A stretch of 64,000 bases of DNA from assembly GCA_949358305.1 (NCBI GenBank), contig OX442314.1, positions 4,216,001 to 4,280,000 of the forward strand, written 5' to 3'. Source of the stretch: Strigamia acuminata. Its lineage: Eukaryota. Both the position numbers and the translations under genes were made by a program. Positions 52,171 through 63,166 of the stretch are shown in pieces (the first letter of the stretch is position 1; the number at the start of each line of letters is the position of its first letter). Below the pieces are notes generated by a model, which saw only the letters and a program-made list of their open reading frames with translations, was not told where the DNA came from and searched no databases.

Positions 52171-52332
52171 GGTTGGAAAGCATTCATACTTATTACTTAG
52201 AATATATTTATGGAAACCCATCAACACCAAGGGCATTCTTTCAAAGCTGCTCACGCATTATTGCCGAACCCACGTAAAAATATTGTAGAAATATTGATTT
52301 TTATGCAAAAGTGCACTTTTTGTACATGAATA

Positions 52333-52610
52333 GTGAAATGTGCATTTTTACACGTGAAATGTGCATTTTTACACGTGAAATGTGCATTTTTACACGTGAA
52401 ATGTGCATTTTTACACGTGAAATGTGCATTTTTACACGTGAAATGTGCATTTTTACACGTGAAATGTGCATTTTTACACGTGAAATGTGCATTTTTACAC
52501 GTGAAATGTGCATTTTTACACGTGAAATGTGCATTTTTACACGTGAAATGTGCATTTTTACACGTGAAATGTGCATTTTTACACGTGAAATGTGCATTTT
52601 TACACGTGAA
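52333..52610. repeat. 21-bp minisatellite (GTGAAATGTGCATTTTTACAC)n
   Basis: About 13 perfect units. Confidence 0.97.
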
Positions 52611-54575
52611 AATCATTTTTCTGCAGAGTCTGGTCAGCTACAGTACAGAAATGCATCAGGTTTATACAGTTTAATCGAATTGGTGAACGCTACACTCCAA
52701 TGCACTCTTACAACACCAAATAATTTGTGACCATCTTTCACCAAAAACAAAACAAAAAGAAAAGAAACAAACTGCATTTTGTTGCAAGAGAAAACAAAAG
52801 TTTTTTCCATTCAGTTATTAGGCATAAGATTCAGCAAACTGGAACCAAGTCAGCTGCACAAAAGACCCTTTATAGTCCAATACAAAAGCAAATAAAAGAA
52901 ATTCAACTGCACACAAAATCTCTGTATTCTATTCCATTAGGCCTATAGGATTCAGCACTAATATTTGCAAGAAATGGATCATGAATTCAAGGATGAATGA
53001 AACAAACCTGTGTTTTGAATAAATTTCCTTCGGGATAGAGAAATACAAAAAGGAAAAATAAACTCTGCATTCTGTTGCAAGAGAGAACAAATTGGAACAA
53101 AAATCCATTCAGTCATTAGGCCTACGAATATCAGCACTAATACTGAAATATTAAAACGAACGAACGATCGATCGATTTTACTGAGAAATGAAATGTGTGT
53201 TCCTCATATGAATTCTCGGATGAATGGAATACGAGATGCACAATTGAAAACCATCAAAATGGAAATAGAAAAACGATGAGAAAAGAACAAGTAAAGAACG
53301 AGGCGAAGCAAAGTGAACAATGGCCGACAACGAGCGAGACTCGTAACACGAGACACGAGACAGCACACCAGAGAATTGACAATTGCTAACTCAATAAACA
53401 AATGTACAACATACAAAGTGTTAAAACGTACAATTCAACCTGGTGGTAATTCAAGGTGTAATAAAAATTAACTACAGTTATTATGTTGTGACCCGACTGG
53501 ACCGGGGTCAACGAAGAGTTTCTCTCGTGACCTCGTTTCGGGTGTAAGGGGAGCCGCAAGCGCGTCTCCCTTCCCTCAGTGCATTGACATCTAGTCAATG
53601 GACAGGCGTCTGCCCTGAGGGAGTGGGGATGGCTCGTCCACCCCACCATTGGGTGATTCCGGTCACCTGTCAACCCCGCTTTGTGCAACGGAATGTGCCT
53701 TGCACTGAGCGGGCAGAACCAACACAACCATCAAACGAGAAACACACGTAAACCCGTCGTCCTACAAGATCAGGCCCAAGTAAAATATACTGGGATTGAC
53801 CAAGGACAAAGGACAATTTACCGTGAGTACGTTTGGTCAGTGTCAAACTCCGCAGAGTAACCTGCGAGATAAGATTACCACACTATTTTAGCACACCAGC
53901 TAGAAATAGTAAAAACCACTCCAGTTTAGCGAGTTGTGCAGACAAACGGTCGCACAAGCCTAAACTGCAGTAAAACCACGACGAGCGTTCCCGCCGCTGT
54001 GTGACCGCCGGGAGCCAGAAGAGTCCGCCGCTGTGTGATCGCCGGACACCACACAAAAACCTAGACAACAGCCCGAAGTAAGCCTTTTAACTAAGCATTC
54101 ACTCGCGCCCGACCAGCGTGAGCCCGAAGGACCAGCCAGAGACGAGCCGAGGACGCCATATTGCCACGCCGGCCCAAGACGACACCACGTTGCCACAACG
54201 AGGACGCCATCTTGGACACGACCGAGACAACAGACGACCTCGCCGATTCCAGCCAGCTTTCATCATACCTTTACCTTTCCATTTCCCTTCACCCATTCCG
54301 ATTTACCTTTTACCTACCTTTTATATATATATATATATAAGATATATCTGTACATTGTCCCACAGAATAAATCTATATTATATTTTACCTTTTATATCTG
54401 TGTAATCATTTCTTTGGGTAAACCGCTTGAGCAAAGCGGTAGTGAGTTAGTCGAATTAAGTAATCAACCCACGAGTTAGCGACGGTTAGAGTTGAGCGCG
54501 ACACGTGGGGGCCTGTCCGGGATCAAGTCGAATAACTGATTCTAACCTGTGATTACATCATACCCAAAGCAAGAA

Positions 54576-57500
54576 ATGGCAGATAATACCCGAGTAACAG
54601 ATTCCGACTCCGACGCAAACAAGAGAGCCGGCAGTCGTAAAGGCGCCGACTATCACTTGCGATCTGGAGGTCCCTTACCCAAAGCCTCAGCGCACGAAGC
54701 GAGGCAAAAACGGCGTAAGCCTAAACCCGATCGTAGAAGCGCATCCGAGGCATCGCACCCGTCTCGCACCGAGACGAGGCAGCGATTGGACGAGACAGAG
54801 CGGGGTGAAGAGCAATCTCACTCCAAACTGCCGCGTTCTAACCGTGACGGCGAGACGAGCGGAAACGAGGTTTTATCCCGTAACCAATCGCCTCGTCTAA
54901 CGCACGACACCGAGGTGGGCAGTCCGAAAGCAGCGTCTCCGATACAAAAGACGGCCTCAAATACGACCGCTAATTCGGCACTAAACACGCCAGTTACGCA
55001 CAGTCGACCAGCCTCGGTAGTGTCTGAAGGGCACAAGTCCAACTCGTCCTCTGTCAAGCGTGTTTCAAGCCAGCCTTACAGCGTCTCGGGCACCTTGATT
55101 GATGCGATGCAGTTGGCACAAGCGGAGGGAGTGAGATACACCCTTCCGACGGGGAAGATTACAGTGTACGAAACGTTACAAATCGTACGTGCAGCTTTAA
55201 AAGCGCACAGTGTATCCCCACAAATCACCATTGTTGAAGGTGCACACGCTCAACAATTGGTTGATTCCGCTCAATTTGAAGCGGATGCAGAGAACGAGGC
55301 TCGACAAGCCATTCGCGAGAGACGGAGGAAGCTGGCGGAAAGAGAAGCGCAAGCTCTCGAGTACGGCAGAACCCAGCCCAATCCGACGACTCCCGAGGAG
55401 GTAGAAATAGTTGACCGAGCCCTGAGAGCACATCGATATGCTTTCCACTCGCAACAAGAAGCAGAACGAGCATTTATGGCCAGATTGCGACGAGATGACC
55501 CGAAATCCGTTCGCAAACCAGAGGTCAGTTCATCCGAGCTGTCCGACGAGAGCCTAGAGGGAGACCCAAAGCGCACGCCGAAGGCCAAACCCAAACCCCA
55601 GCCGGAGAGGGCGACACCAGCTACTCCGAGCAAGAGAGATGCGTCGGCCAGAGAACAACAAACTCGGCCCCGCATGAAAGCTCTCGATTCAGCCACAAAT
55701 AATGCGATAACACGGTTAATCAACGCTAATAATGCTAGGCGAAATGAAGAGCAAGCTCTCACAAGCCAACAGCAAGATAATCCGCAAGGGACTGAGTGGC
55801 AACAACCAGTACCCATCCTTAAAGACGACGAGTCGTCAAGGAGACAATCGCATGATCGCACCTCTTCGCGAGGAGAAGGCAAACGCGACGAAAGACCGAA
55901 ATATTATCGCTACGGAAATAGTGATTCGTCGTCAGATGGGCTGGAGTCAAATGCACCCAGTCATCACGATTCGGAGAGAGGTTCCGGAGAAAGACGAAGG
56001 GAAAGAGAGCGCGATGAACGCAGGGAAAGGGAACGTGACGACCGTCGTAGGGGCCGGAAAGAGTCAAACTCTTCACGGCGCAACCCGCCACGCCACTCAC
56101 CGTCTCCTGACCCCAGCTCCGACCCCTCATCCAACGACGACAGACGAAAGGAAAAATCAAGTAATCGCCGGAAGAGATCCAACTCTCCGCGCGATAGAGA
56201 GAAACGACGTCGATCGGAAAATAGCGACCACCGACGGGAGGAGTTTCAGGACCTTCCCCGACAAAGCGCGTTTACCGATTCGACGGGTCGGCAGTATACG
56301 ATGGGAGAGCTTGGAAGAGCCCTACTCGGCTCGTTGAAGGCCGAGGGAATCGATCTGAGCAAACGAAACGATCGTAATCGTAGCACTGGCGACCGCGTAA
56401 AGAAAAAATACGCTGTCTCCCGACGTGACACCATGAGTGTTACCGGGAATATTAGGTGGCAATTTTATATTCAGAACCGTTTCGACGGGTCATGGAAAGC
56501 GGGAGATCGCTTCCTTGACGAAGTAATTCGAATTAAGACTGCCACTAAAGCCACCGTAGGAGACATGCTCACCCACGGTATTGTCGAGCTAATGACAGGC
56601 TCGGCACGTGAGTGGTACCAAGGATTGAAAGGCGTCAATTGGGACGACTTTTTAATGAGATTCGACCTGCGCTACGGCGAGACACCCGAAGAGGTGAGCC
56701 GAAAGATGCGAGGTCTTCGCCAGATGCCTGGTGAAACCATAATGGATTACGACATTCGCGCCAGATTGTTGTTCGAAAAGGCCCCGATGGAATTTCACGC
56801 CACGGGATTCAACCTTTTCTTTCTCGGCGGTTTGTCGGAATACTCGCAAAGGGTGCTACTTGAAGAAAGGGCACCGACAGGAGGTAGCTACGAGGAGATG
56901 AGCGCCTTCCTGTTCGAGAACACGATAGATATCGAGAAGAGATATTATTCCGCTTTACCAGAAGCGGAGAAAGCAGCGACCGCAAAACGTCTCAAGTTGA
57001 GTGCGGAAAGATATGGGGCGACAGATAAGATTATGCGCCCTACTGAATATCTTAGCGGTATAATGGAGCTGGCAGAAGCTAGCGTTGGTTTGCAAATAAA
57101 AAATAAACTGACATCCCCGCTGCCTTCCAACCCTTTGGCCGCCCCTAAAAAGGCACCGACAGCGTCAGCCATGCAAGCGACACTGGAGGAGGTCAAGGAG
57201 GGGGAGGAAGCCGAACAAAATGTCGGAAAATCAGACGAAAAAGAAGAAAAAGACGATTATTCGACGGACGAAGAAATACGAAGCTATCGCGATACCTTAT
57301 CAACGGGTTGCGATGAGGAAGGACCGCTAGTACATCTCATCCATCGAGATAGAGCGGTAGAAGAATTTCGCGCCAGGTTAAAACCAAATGCCGGTCGAAT
57401 TCCGAAGTATTTTCGGAAAAATTACACGCCACCGTCGAAAGCAGACCCTGAAAAGAAAAAATCGACTGAAGCCCCAAGAGACAAATCAAATATTCGCTGT

Positions 57501-57659
57501 TTCAAGTGTAACCAACCGGGCCACTACTCCAATGAGTGCCCAAGAACAGCGAAAGAAGACGCTAAGTTTGACGCGATAATGAAGCAGATGGCAGAGATTA
57601 AACTCGCCATGGCAAAAAACGAGTCAAAAAACGAGTCAGCGCAGGCGGCGAAGAAATAA
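54576..57659 (+). CDS. gag: Gag (1027 aa from the first ATG) with a long low-complexity N-terminus
   Basis: Capsid-like LMTGSAREWY..WDDFLMRF..LRQMPGETIMDY; CCHC CFKCNQPGHYSNEC. Confidence 0.92.
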   Translation: MADNTRVTDSDSDANKRAGSRKGADYHLRSGGPLPKASAHEARQKRRKPKPDRRSASEASHPSRTETRQRLDETERGEEQSHSKLPRSNRDGETSGNEVLSRNQSPRLTHDTEVGSPKAASPIQKTASNTTANSALNTPVTHSRPASVVSEGHKSNSSSVKRVSSQPYSVSGTLIDAMQLAQAEGVRYTLPTGKITVYETLQIVRAALKAHSVSPQITIVEGAHAQQLVDSAQFEADAENEARQAIRERRRKLAEREAQALEYGRTQPNPTTPEEVEIVDRALRAHRYAFHSQQEAERAFMARLRRDDPKSVRKPEVSSSELSDESLEGDPKRTPKAKPKPQPERATPATPSKRDASAREQQTRPRMKALDSATNNAITRLINANNARRNEEQALTSQQQDNPQGTEWQQPVPILKDDESSRRQSHDRTSSRGEGKRDERPKYYRYGNSDSSSDGLESNAPSHHDSERGSGERRRERERDERRERERDDRRRGRKESNSSRRNPPRHSPSPDPSSDPSSNDDRRKEKSSNRRKRSNSPRDREKRRRSENSDHRREEFQDLPRQSAFTDSTGRQYTMGELGRALLGSLKAEGIDLSKRNDRNRSTGDRVKKKYAVSRRDTMSVTGNIRWQFYIQNRFDGSWKAGDRFLDEVIRIKTATKATVGDMLTHGIVELMTGSAREWYQGLKGVNWDDFLMRFDLRYGETPEEVSRKMRGLRQMPGETIMDYDIRARLLFEKAPMEFHATGFNLFFLGGLSEYSQRVLLEERAPTGGSYEEMSAFLFENTIDIEKRYYSALPEAEKAATAKRLKLSAERYGATDKIMRPTEYLSGIMELAEASVGLQIKNKLTSPLPSNPLAAPKKAPTASAMQATLEEVKEGEEAEQNVGKSDEKEEKDDYSTDEEIRSYRDTLSTGCDEEGPLVHLIHRDRAVEEFRARLKPNAGRIPKYFRKNYTPPSKADPEKKKSTEAPRDKSNIRCFKCNQPGHYSNECPRTAKEDAKFDAIMKQMAEIKLAMAKNESKNESAQAAKK

Positions 57660-60600
57660 TTTCTCGACCGTCTGCGCCATTCATGAAGAAAAAGGGGTTT
57701 AACAAAGGGTTCGATAAGCCGCCACCAGTCAAAGAAATGGGTAGTGACATAGCTAACGCCCAAATTCAAGACAGGGCCAACAACGCTTTGCAGGTAATTA
57801 CCGCAAACGCTGAGGCTGAGGCGGAAGAACCGAACCTACTGCTTGAAGAATTACCTCAAGTAGTCGAAGACACAGAAGAATTTCGTGTTTTCATGTGCAA
57901 CGTGGCGGTCGAATACACCAACCGCCTATGCATGTTGCCCATGACAATAGAACGTGAAAAAATTATGGGACTGCTAGACTCGGGAGCAGATCGCTCGTTC
58001 GTTTCCGAAGACATAGTAGCATCATTGGGTCTCACCGATAAGATAAAAGGCGTTAATAAAAATATACGTCTAAAAACCGCCAACGGAATGGCGCGTCCAA
58101 AAGGAGTTATATTATTGACCATGGAGTGGCTCGGAGGGGTAGAACAGCACCCTTTCCTGGTCCTGCCCACATGCGACAGAATTTTTCTGTTGGGCTTAGA
58201 CCTCATGGCGTCAATGGAAATACAACCCAATCCAATAACGAAATCTTGGAATTATATCAGAAATGATAAGGAAAGACCCGCAATTGTCGTGCCACCAGCT
58301 CTTGTAAAAGAAGCGGCCGACAAGACACAGTGGGAGAAAGGCCTAAAGAAATTCGTTCAAGATTACGATTTTAAAGCATTCGTAACAGAATTGCAACGGG
58401 ACAATGTAGTGGAAACGCTTGTCGCCGACGCCGCTTTAGAATTAAACGAAGCGGCAGCCCTACGAAGGGTCCTACTTAAATATGAGGGGATCCTGTCGAA
58501 AAAACCGGGCCGAACGAATAGGGCTATTCACGAAATTAAATTGACGGATAATAAACCTATACGAGTTGCGTATAAGGGAATGAACCCGCAAAAACGTGAA
58601 ATAGTGCAAAAAATGTGCCAAGAAATGCTAGACAGTGGCATTGTCTCCGAGGCCCAGGGAGAATACGCGACGCGAGTTGTGCTCGTGATGCGCCCGGGCT
58701 CGGACCCACGCCTATGCATTGATTACCGCCCATTAAACGCGGTGACAGAAATAGATCCCATACAGATGCCGTCTATCGAATCCATTTTGAGAGAGCTTAG
58801 CCCCTTTTCTTGGGTTACGACGATGGATCTGTCGAAGGGATACTGGCAAGTTGAGATGAGGCCAGAGGATAAGTTAAAAACAGCATTTTACTCGCCAATT
58901 GGACGGTTGATGTTCAACGTCATGCCATTTGGTTTAGTGAATGCTCCCAGTACCTTTCAGAGACTAATCGAAAGCGTATTGGGTGATATCCTGCATCAGT
59001 TTGTGTGGGCATACCTAGATGACATAGTTATTGCCTCTAAAACATTCGAAGAGCACATTGAGCACATCGACCAAGTGCTCACCCGGCTGGCAAAAGCTGG
59101 GTTACACGTGCATCCGGGCAAAAGCAAGTTCTGTCGAAAGGAGCTTGCCTTCCTGGGTTATCGCATTGGAGTCAATGGTTTAGCTATTGGCCCCGAAAAA
59201 ATCGATGCGATTAATCGTTTCCCACCACCCGAGGACGTTAAAGGTGTCCAACGGTTTATGGGAATGATAAACTTCTTCGGCAGGTTGCTACCGGGTCTAG
59301 CTGAAGTGGCAGCCCCAGTTACCGACCTCCTGAAGAATGAAAACGAATTTGTATGGTCAAATGAGTGCAACATCGCATTTAATGCAATAAAGAGGATGCT
59401 GACGGAAGTCGGCGTAATGCCTCTACCCGACTTAAACCGGCCGTTCATATTACACACGGACGCCAGCAGAGTTGGGTTAGGAGCGGCGTTGCTCCAAACA
59501 CACGTGCGCGACGGAGTCGAACAAGACCTGCCGTGCATGTTTATAAGTCGCAAACTCCAAGGCGCTGAAAAGAATTACAATGCCACCGAGTTGGAGTGTT
59601 TGGCCGTTGTGTGGGCCATAAGGAAATTCAGAGATTATCTCGAATATACCAAATTTGTGGTCCACACAGATCATCAAGCGTTACAATGGCTGATGAAATT
59701 AAAAGAGCCAGCCGGTCGACTAGCCAGATGGCAGTTAGAACTGATGGCATGCGACTTGACCATTCAATACAAGCCCGGCAAATATAACGTCGTGGCTGAC
59801 GCTCTGTCACGGGCACCAGTGTCAGATCCAATCGACGCTGACGATGATGGCGAGGATGACTCCCGCATCATTTATTGCCCTACGAGTTGTCACCGTTGGG
59901 ATTTAAGGAAGATGAATGAAATTCCCACCGCGTCTCCGGCAGATGTAAAATTCTGTGGATTTTGGACGCGGTTATACCAACCAGCTGCTGACAATTACCC
60001 AAATGCAAGGAAGGAATTTAAGCTAGAGCGGAGAATAAATGACCCGCTTCTAAGCGCCTTCCACGCTCATGTCGGCGAGCAGATGCAAAGCAGTCCCCCG
60101 ACAAGGGAGGAAATAATTGTGCAACAAAAATTAGACAAGAAATGTCAGGACAGAGCTAGATTCGTACTGACAGGAAAATATCCGCCCAATCTAACCAGAA
60201 GGCAGAAGCGTCGTTATGCACACGAATCCATAGATTACCTATTGGATGACGGCCTTTTAGTGAAACATCACCCAAATCACCAAGATGACTTGAGTGAATC
60301 GGACACCGCAGTAAAGGTAGTAATACCTGCTTCCTTAATCGGTCGCGTGCTGTGGTTGTTACACGGGCACCCGCTTGCGAGCCATGCGGGAGTAAGCAGA
60401 ACACTCTATCGTGCTACACAGCTTTTTCACTGGACAGGGATGAAAAAAGATATTGCTCTTTTTGTCCACCAATGTCAGCGATGTCAAGCGTGCAAGCCGA
60501 GGAGTAAATCACCATTCGAAACTATTTTCTTAGGGCCTTACGCGCCTTTTGATTGTTTAAGTGTCGATGTGATGGGCCCAAAACCCGTTACGGGAAATAA

Positions 60601-61753
60601 AAATGCGTACATTATCGTTATAATGGACGTGGCAACTCGTTGGCCCGAGTTGTACGCCGTCGCTAGACCTTCAGCAGAGAAAATCGTTGAATGTATCTAC
60701 GACGTGGCGTTACGTTACGGATTTCCACGTAAAATTATATCCGATAACGGACCCCAATTTATCTCGAAAATTTGGGGTAAGTTTTGTGAGAAATTCGGGA
60801 TTGTGGCGTCACATACTTCGACCTACAATCCCAGAACAAATCCCGTTGAGCGACTCAACAGGGACATTAAATATGCACTAAGCATATTCACTGACATCCA
60901 CAATAGGTGGGATGAATACTTGAGGGAGATCGCGTTCAGCATACGAACAACAGTCTCGAGGACGAGAGATTTTTCTCCGGCCTACCTCAACTTCGCCCGA
61001 GAGCTACGAGTGCCTTGGGACCCACGAGTGGCAGAGTCGGTAAATGTGGTGGACCCAGAGAAACCACATGAGTATGTATATAAATTGGAGCAAACAATTT
61101 CGAGCACATACAAACATATGATGGCGCACATTTTTAACATGCGCGACCGCATTTTACAAGATAAAAGCGGTGGAAAATTTGTGAATTTCGAGAACAATGA
61201 TTTAGTGTGGAAGGACACACACATCCTCTCAAATGCAGCGAGAGGAATCACCGCCAGCTTGGCCGACAAGAGAGATGGTCCGTATGTGATCATCGGCAAG
61301 CATGGCGGTAACGCGTATAAATTACGCAAGCTCGAGGACAACACCGAGCATAAGTCGATACAAGTACGAGAGTTAACTCCGTACATTCCGGAATTCCCGC
61401 AAGAAATGTGGGCCAAAGGCCAAGTCAAGTCTAAAACTGACGGCCAAATCGTCGATATGTTCGCTGGCGAGTCGGAAAAAGCACCGCCAAGTGACAACGA
61501 GGAGTATTTCGACGCCCCTTCACCTCCGGTAAACGAGATAGTTGAATCCGTTCCGGATCCAATTTTGGTCGGGGGGGAAACAGGAGAAACTCCTGAAACA
61601 AACACAAAAAACACGGATAAAAAAGAAAACAATAATGAGGAGGTACAGACACAAAAAACAACAAAAAATATCGTACCTGCCTCGATCCGTAACCTGCGAC
61701 CAAAAAGAGATAATCCGTTCATAAAAGGCGGAAAGGTCGTAGGAAAGAAGTAA
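57602..61753 (+). CDS. pol: Pol (PR-RT-RH-IN) in the -1 frame, overlapping the end of gag
   Basis: LLDSGAD; CIDYRPLN, MPFGLVNAP, YLDD; HTDAS, ELECLAVVWA, TDH; H..H..C..C, SDNGPQF, PVERLN; frame is open from 57602. Confidence 0.97.
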   Translation, partial: TRHGKKRVKKRVSAGGEEIISRPSAPFMKKKGFNKGFDKPPPVKEMGSDIANAQIQDRANNALQVITANAEAEAEEPNLLLEELPQVVEDTEEFRVFMCNVAVEYTNRLCMLPMTIEREKIMGLLDSGADRSFVSEDIVASLGLTDKIKGVNKNIRLKTANGMARPKGVILLTMEWLGGVEQHPFLVLPTCDRIFLLGLDLMASMEIQPNPITKSWNYIRNDKERPAIVVPPALVKEAADKTQWEKGLKKFVQDYDFKAFVTELQRDNVVETLVADAALELNEAAALRRVLLKYEGILSKKPGRTNRAIHEIKLTDNKPIRVAYKGMNPQKREIVQKMCQEMLDSGIVSEAQGEYATRVVLVMRPGSDPRLCIDYRPLNAVTEIDPIQMPSIESILRELSPFSWVTTMDLSKGYWQVEMRPEDKLKTAFYSPIGRLMFNVMPFGLVNAPSTFQRLIESVLGDILHQFVWAYLDDIVIASKTFEEHIEHIDQVLTRLAKAGLHVHPGKSKFCRKELAFLGYRIGVNGLAIGPEKIDAINRFPPPEDVKGVQRFMGMINFFGRLLPGLAEVAAPVTDLLKNENEFVWSNECNIAFNAIKRMLTEVGVMPLPDLNRPFILHTDASRVGLGAALLQTHVRDGVEQDLPCMFISRKLQGAEKNYNATELECLAVVWAIRKFRDYLEYTKFVVHTDHQALQWLMKLKEPAGRLARWQLELMACDLTIQYKPGKYNVVADALSRAPVSDPIDADDDGEDDSRIIYCPTSCHRWDLRKMNEIPTASPADVKFCGFWTRLYQPAADNYPNARKEFKLERRINDPLLSAFHAHVGEQMQSSPPTREEIIVQQKLDKKCQDRARFVLTGKYPPNLTRRQKRRYAHESIDYLLDDGLLVKHHPNHQDDLSESDTAVKVVIPASLIGRVLWLLHGHPLASHAGVSRTLYRATQLFHWTGMKKDIALFVHQCQRCQACKPRSKSPFETIFLGPYAPFDCLSVDVMGPKPVTGNKNAYIIVIMDVATRWPELYAVARPSAEKIVECIYDVALRYGFPRKIISDNGPQFISKIWGKFCEKFGIVASHTSTYNPRTNPVERLNRDIKYALSIFTDIHNRWDEYLREIAFSIRTTVSRTRDFSPAYLNFARELRVPWDPRVAESVNVVDPEKPHEYVYKLEQTISSTYKHMMAHIFNMRDRILQDKSGGKFVNFENNDLVWKDTHILSNAARGITASLADKRDGPYVIIGKHGGNAYKLRKLEDNTEHKSIQVRELTPYIPEFPQEMWAKGQVKSKTDGQIVDMFAGESEKAPPSDNEEYFDAPSPPVNEIVESVPDPILVGGETGETPETNTKNTDKKENNNEEVQTQKTTKNIVPASIRNLRPKRDNPFIKGGKVVGKK
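57614..57677 (+). promoter_or_regulatory. -1 ribosomal frameshift signal
   Basis: A_AAA_AAC in the gag frame at 57614 and 57626; 6-nt spacer; hairpin GCGCAGGCGG..CCGTCTGCGC at 57639-57677. Confidence 0.85.
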
Positions 61754-63166
61754 AATAAATTACGAGTCGATGGCGGCACTAAAAATAAATGTAATCGACC
61801 GATAGTGCAAGCCATCACGTCGCAGAAAATTTCGCTAAGTCCAACAAAGCGGATATCGGTCGAATTCGCGTCACGAGATGGCGTGGAAACGCGGGACCCG
61901 TAGCAAAATTATCGGCACGGGTCGGATACCGCGTGCAAAAGACCCCGTAGCAGCAATCGCGCACGGGAGTGAGAACAAAGGAGACCCGTAGCGTAACATG
62001 CGCACGGGTAGGTGCGCACTAGTCTCAAACACCCGGGTTCTGGAGTATATTACCCAGAATCCATCGCGATTACCTCGTGTTCACACAGACTTCCGCTTTT
62101 CACAGCTGATCGCTGCATTCGTGCGTGATCCTCGTTTTTAACGTTTTACCGAGTTTTTCACCGAGTTTTTGAGATAGTTTTATCATCCTTTTTAAATCGT
62201 GATTGAGATTTTTGTGCGCGCTCCTCGCCATGGACGAGGAAGAGAACGACGTGCTGGCCATCGAGCACGAGGACGAGGAAAACTGGGACCGCGATGTAAA
62301 CCAAGTCCAGCCCGATCAGGTAGAAGTCGGCATCGGCACATGAGAACTAGTTCCGTGCTGCTGAAGAAGAAATTTTGTTGACTAATACCTGACATGAGTG
62401 CTTTGCACTCGAAATAGCGTATAATTAATTATTAACCGCGATCGCTCACACGATCGTATTTTTTTTCCTTGTTAATTTGTTTTCGAGGTGCGAGCGCAGA
62501 CTTCACGTCGCCTCGCGTCTCGAAAATTCCTCATGACTTGAGTCACGAGCGAGACAATGGGCTCGAGCCATAGATAATTTTATGACAAGGGGAGAATATT
62601 CTGTAAAAGAATATTTTTTCTCCACAAGTAATTTGACGCATCAAATTGATGCAACTTAACATTCGTACGATGAATTTTTCGGTGTGTTGGATAAATTTAA
62701 TTTGACTTTAACTTTTTTAAAAATTAGACAAAGTCCGACTTCGGAATAATTCTTTATTAGGTTTATTTATTTAATAACATTTCGACAAGCACATTTATTG
62801 TGCGATTTTAGTAATAATTTACACCCGACGAATTCTTTTTACGAATGACTGATAATTATTAATTTAATTATTAGTAATGTTCTAATTAATGTTAGAATTA
62901 ATTTGAAGTAAAATCTGATGATAAGAATCCAGATTAAAGGCTCGATTCCGTCTCGCTGTGCGTTTTGGACATGAGACAGATTTTTCACGTGATGACTTCT
63001 CTTTTTCTATCCGACGAGGGACAATTCGTCCTACGTTTGCACCGATAGACAGGAATCGGTCTCGACGGACGGCTGCACGTACTGGCAACGTCCCTCGAAA
63101 CCAACCATTTATCTACGTATTTAAATATTAACTTTTTATTAATTGTTTATTTCTCCATCCTTCCAG

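Noticed and set aside
52251..52730. Repetitive-peptide ORFs (also 4759, 20609, 25968-26239, 45138-45396)
   Set aside because: Translations of micro- and minisatellites
53484..54523. This gypsy element as the direct helper of the 28971-38396 element
   Set aside because: LTRs show no visible similarity and the PBS differ (Pro vs Gln); only the CA-CG-TGG junction is shared
60982..61818. 278-aa antisense ORF, and the many ORFs opposite or overlapping gag/pol and copia
   Set aside because: Shadow frames of GC-rich coding sequence with no recognisable motifs
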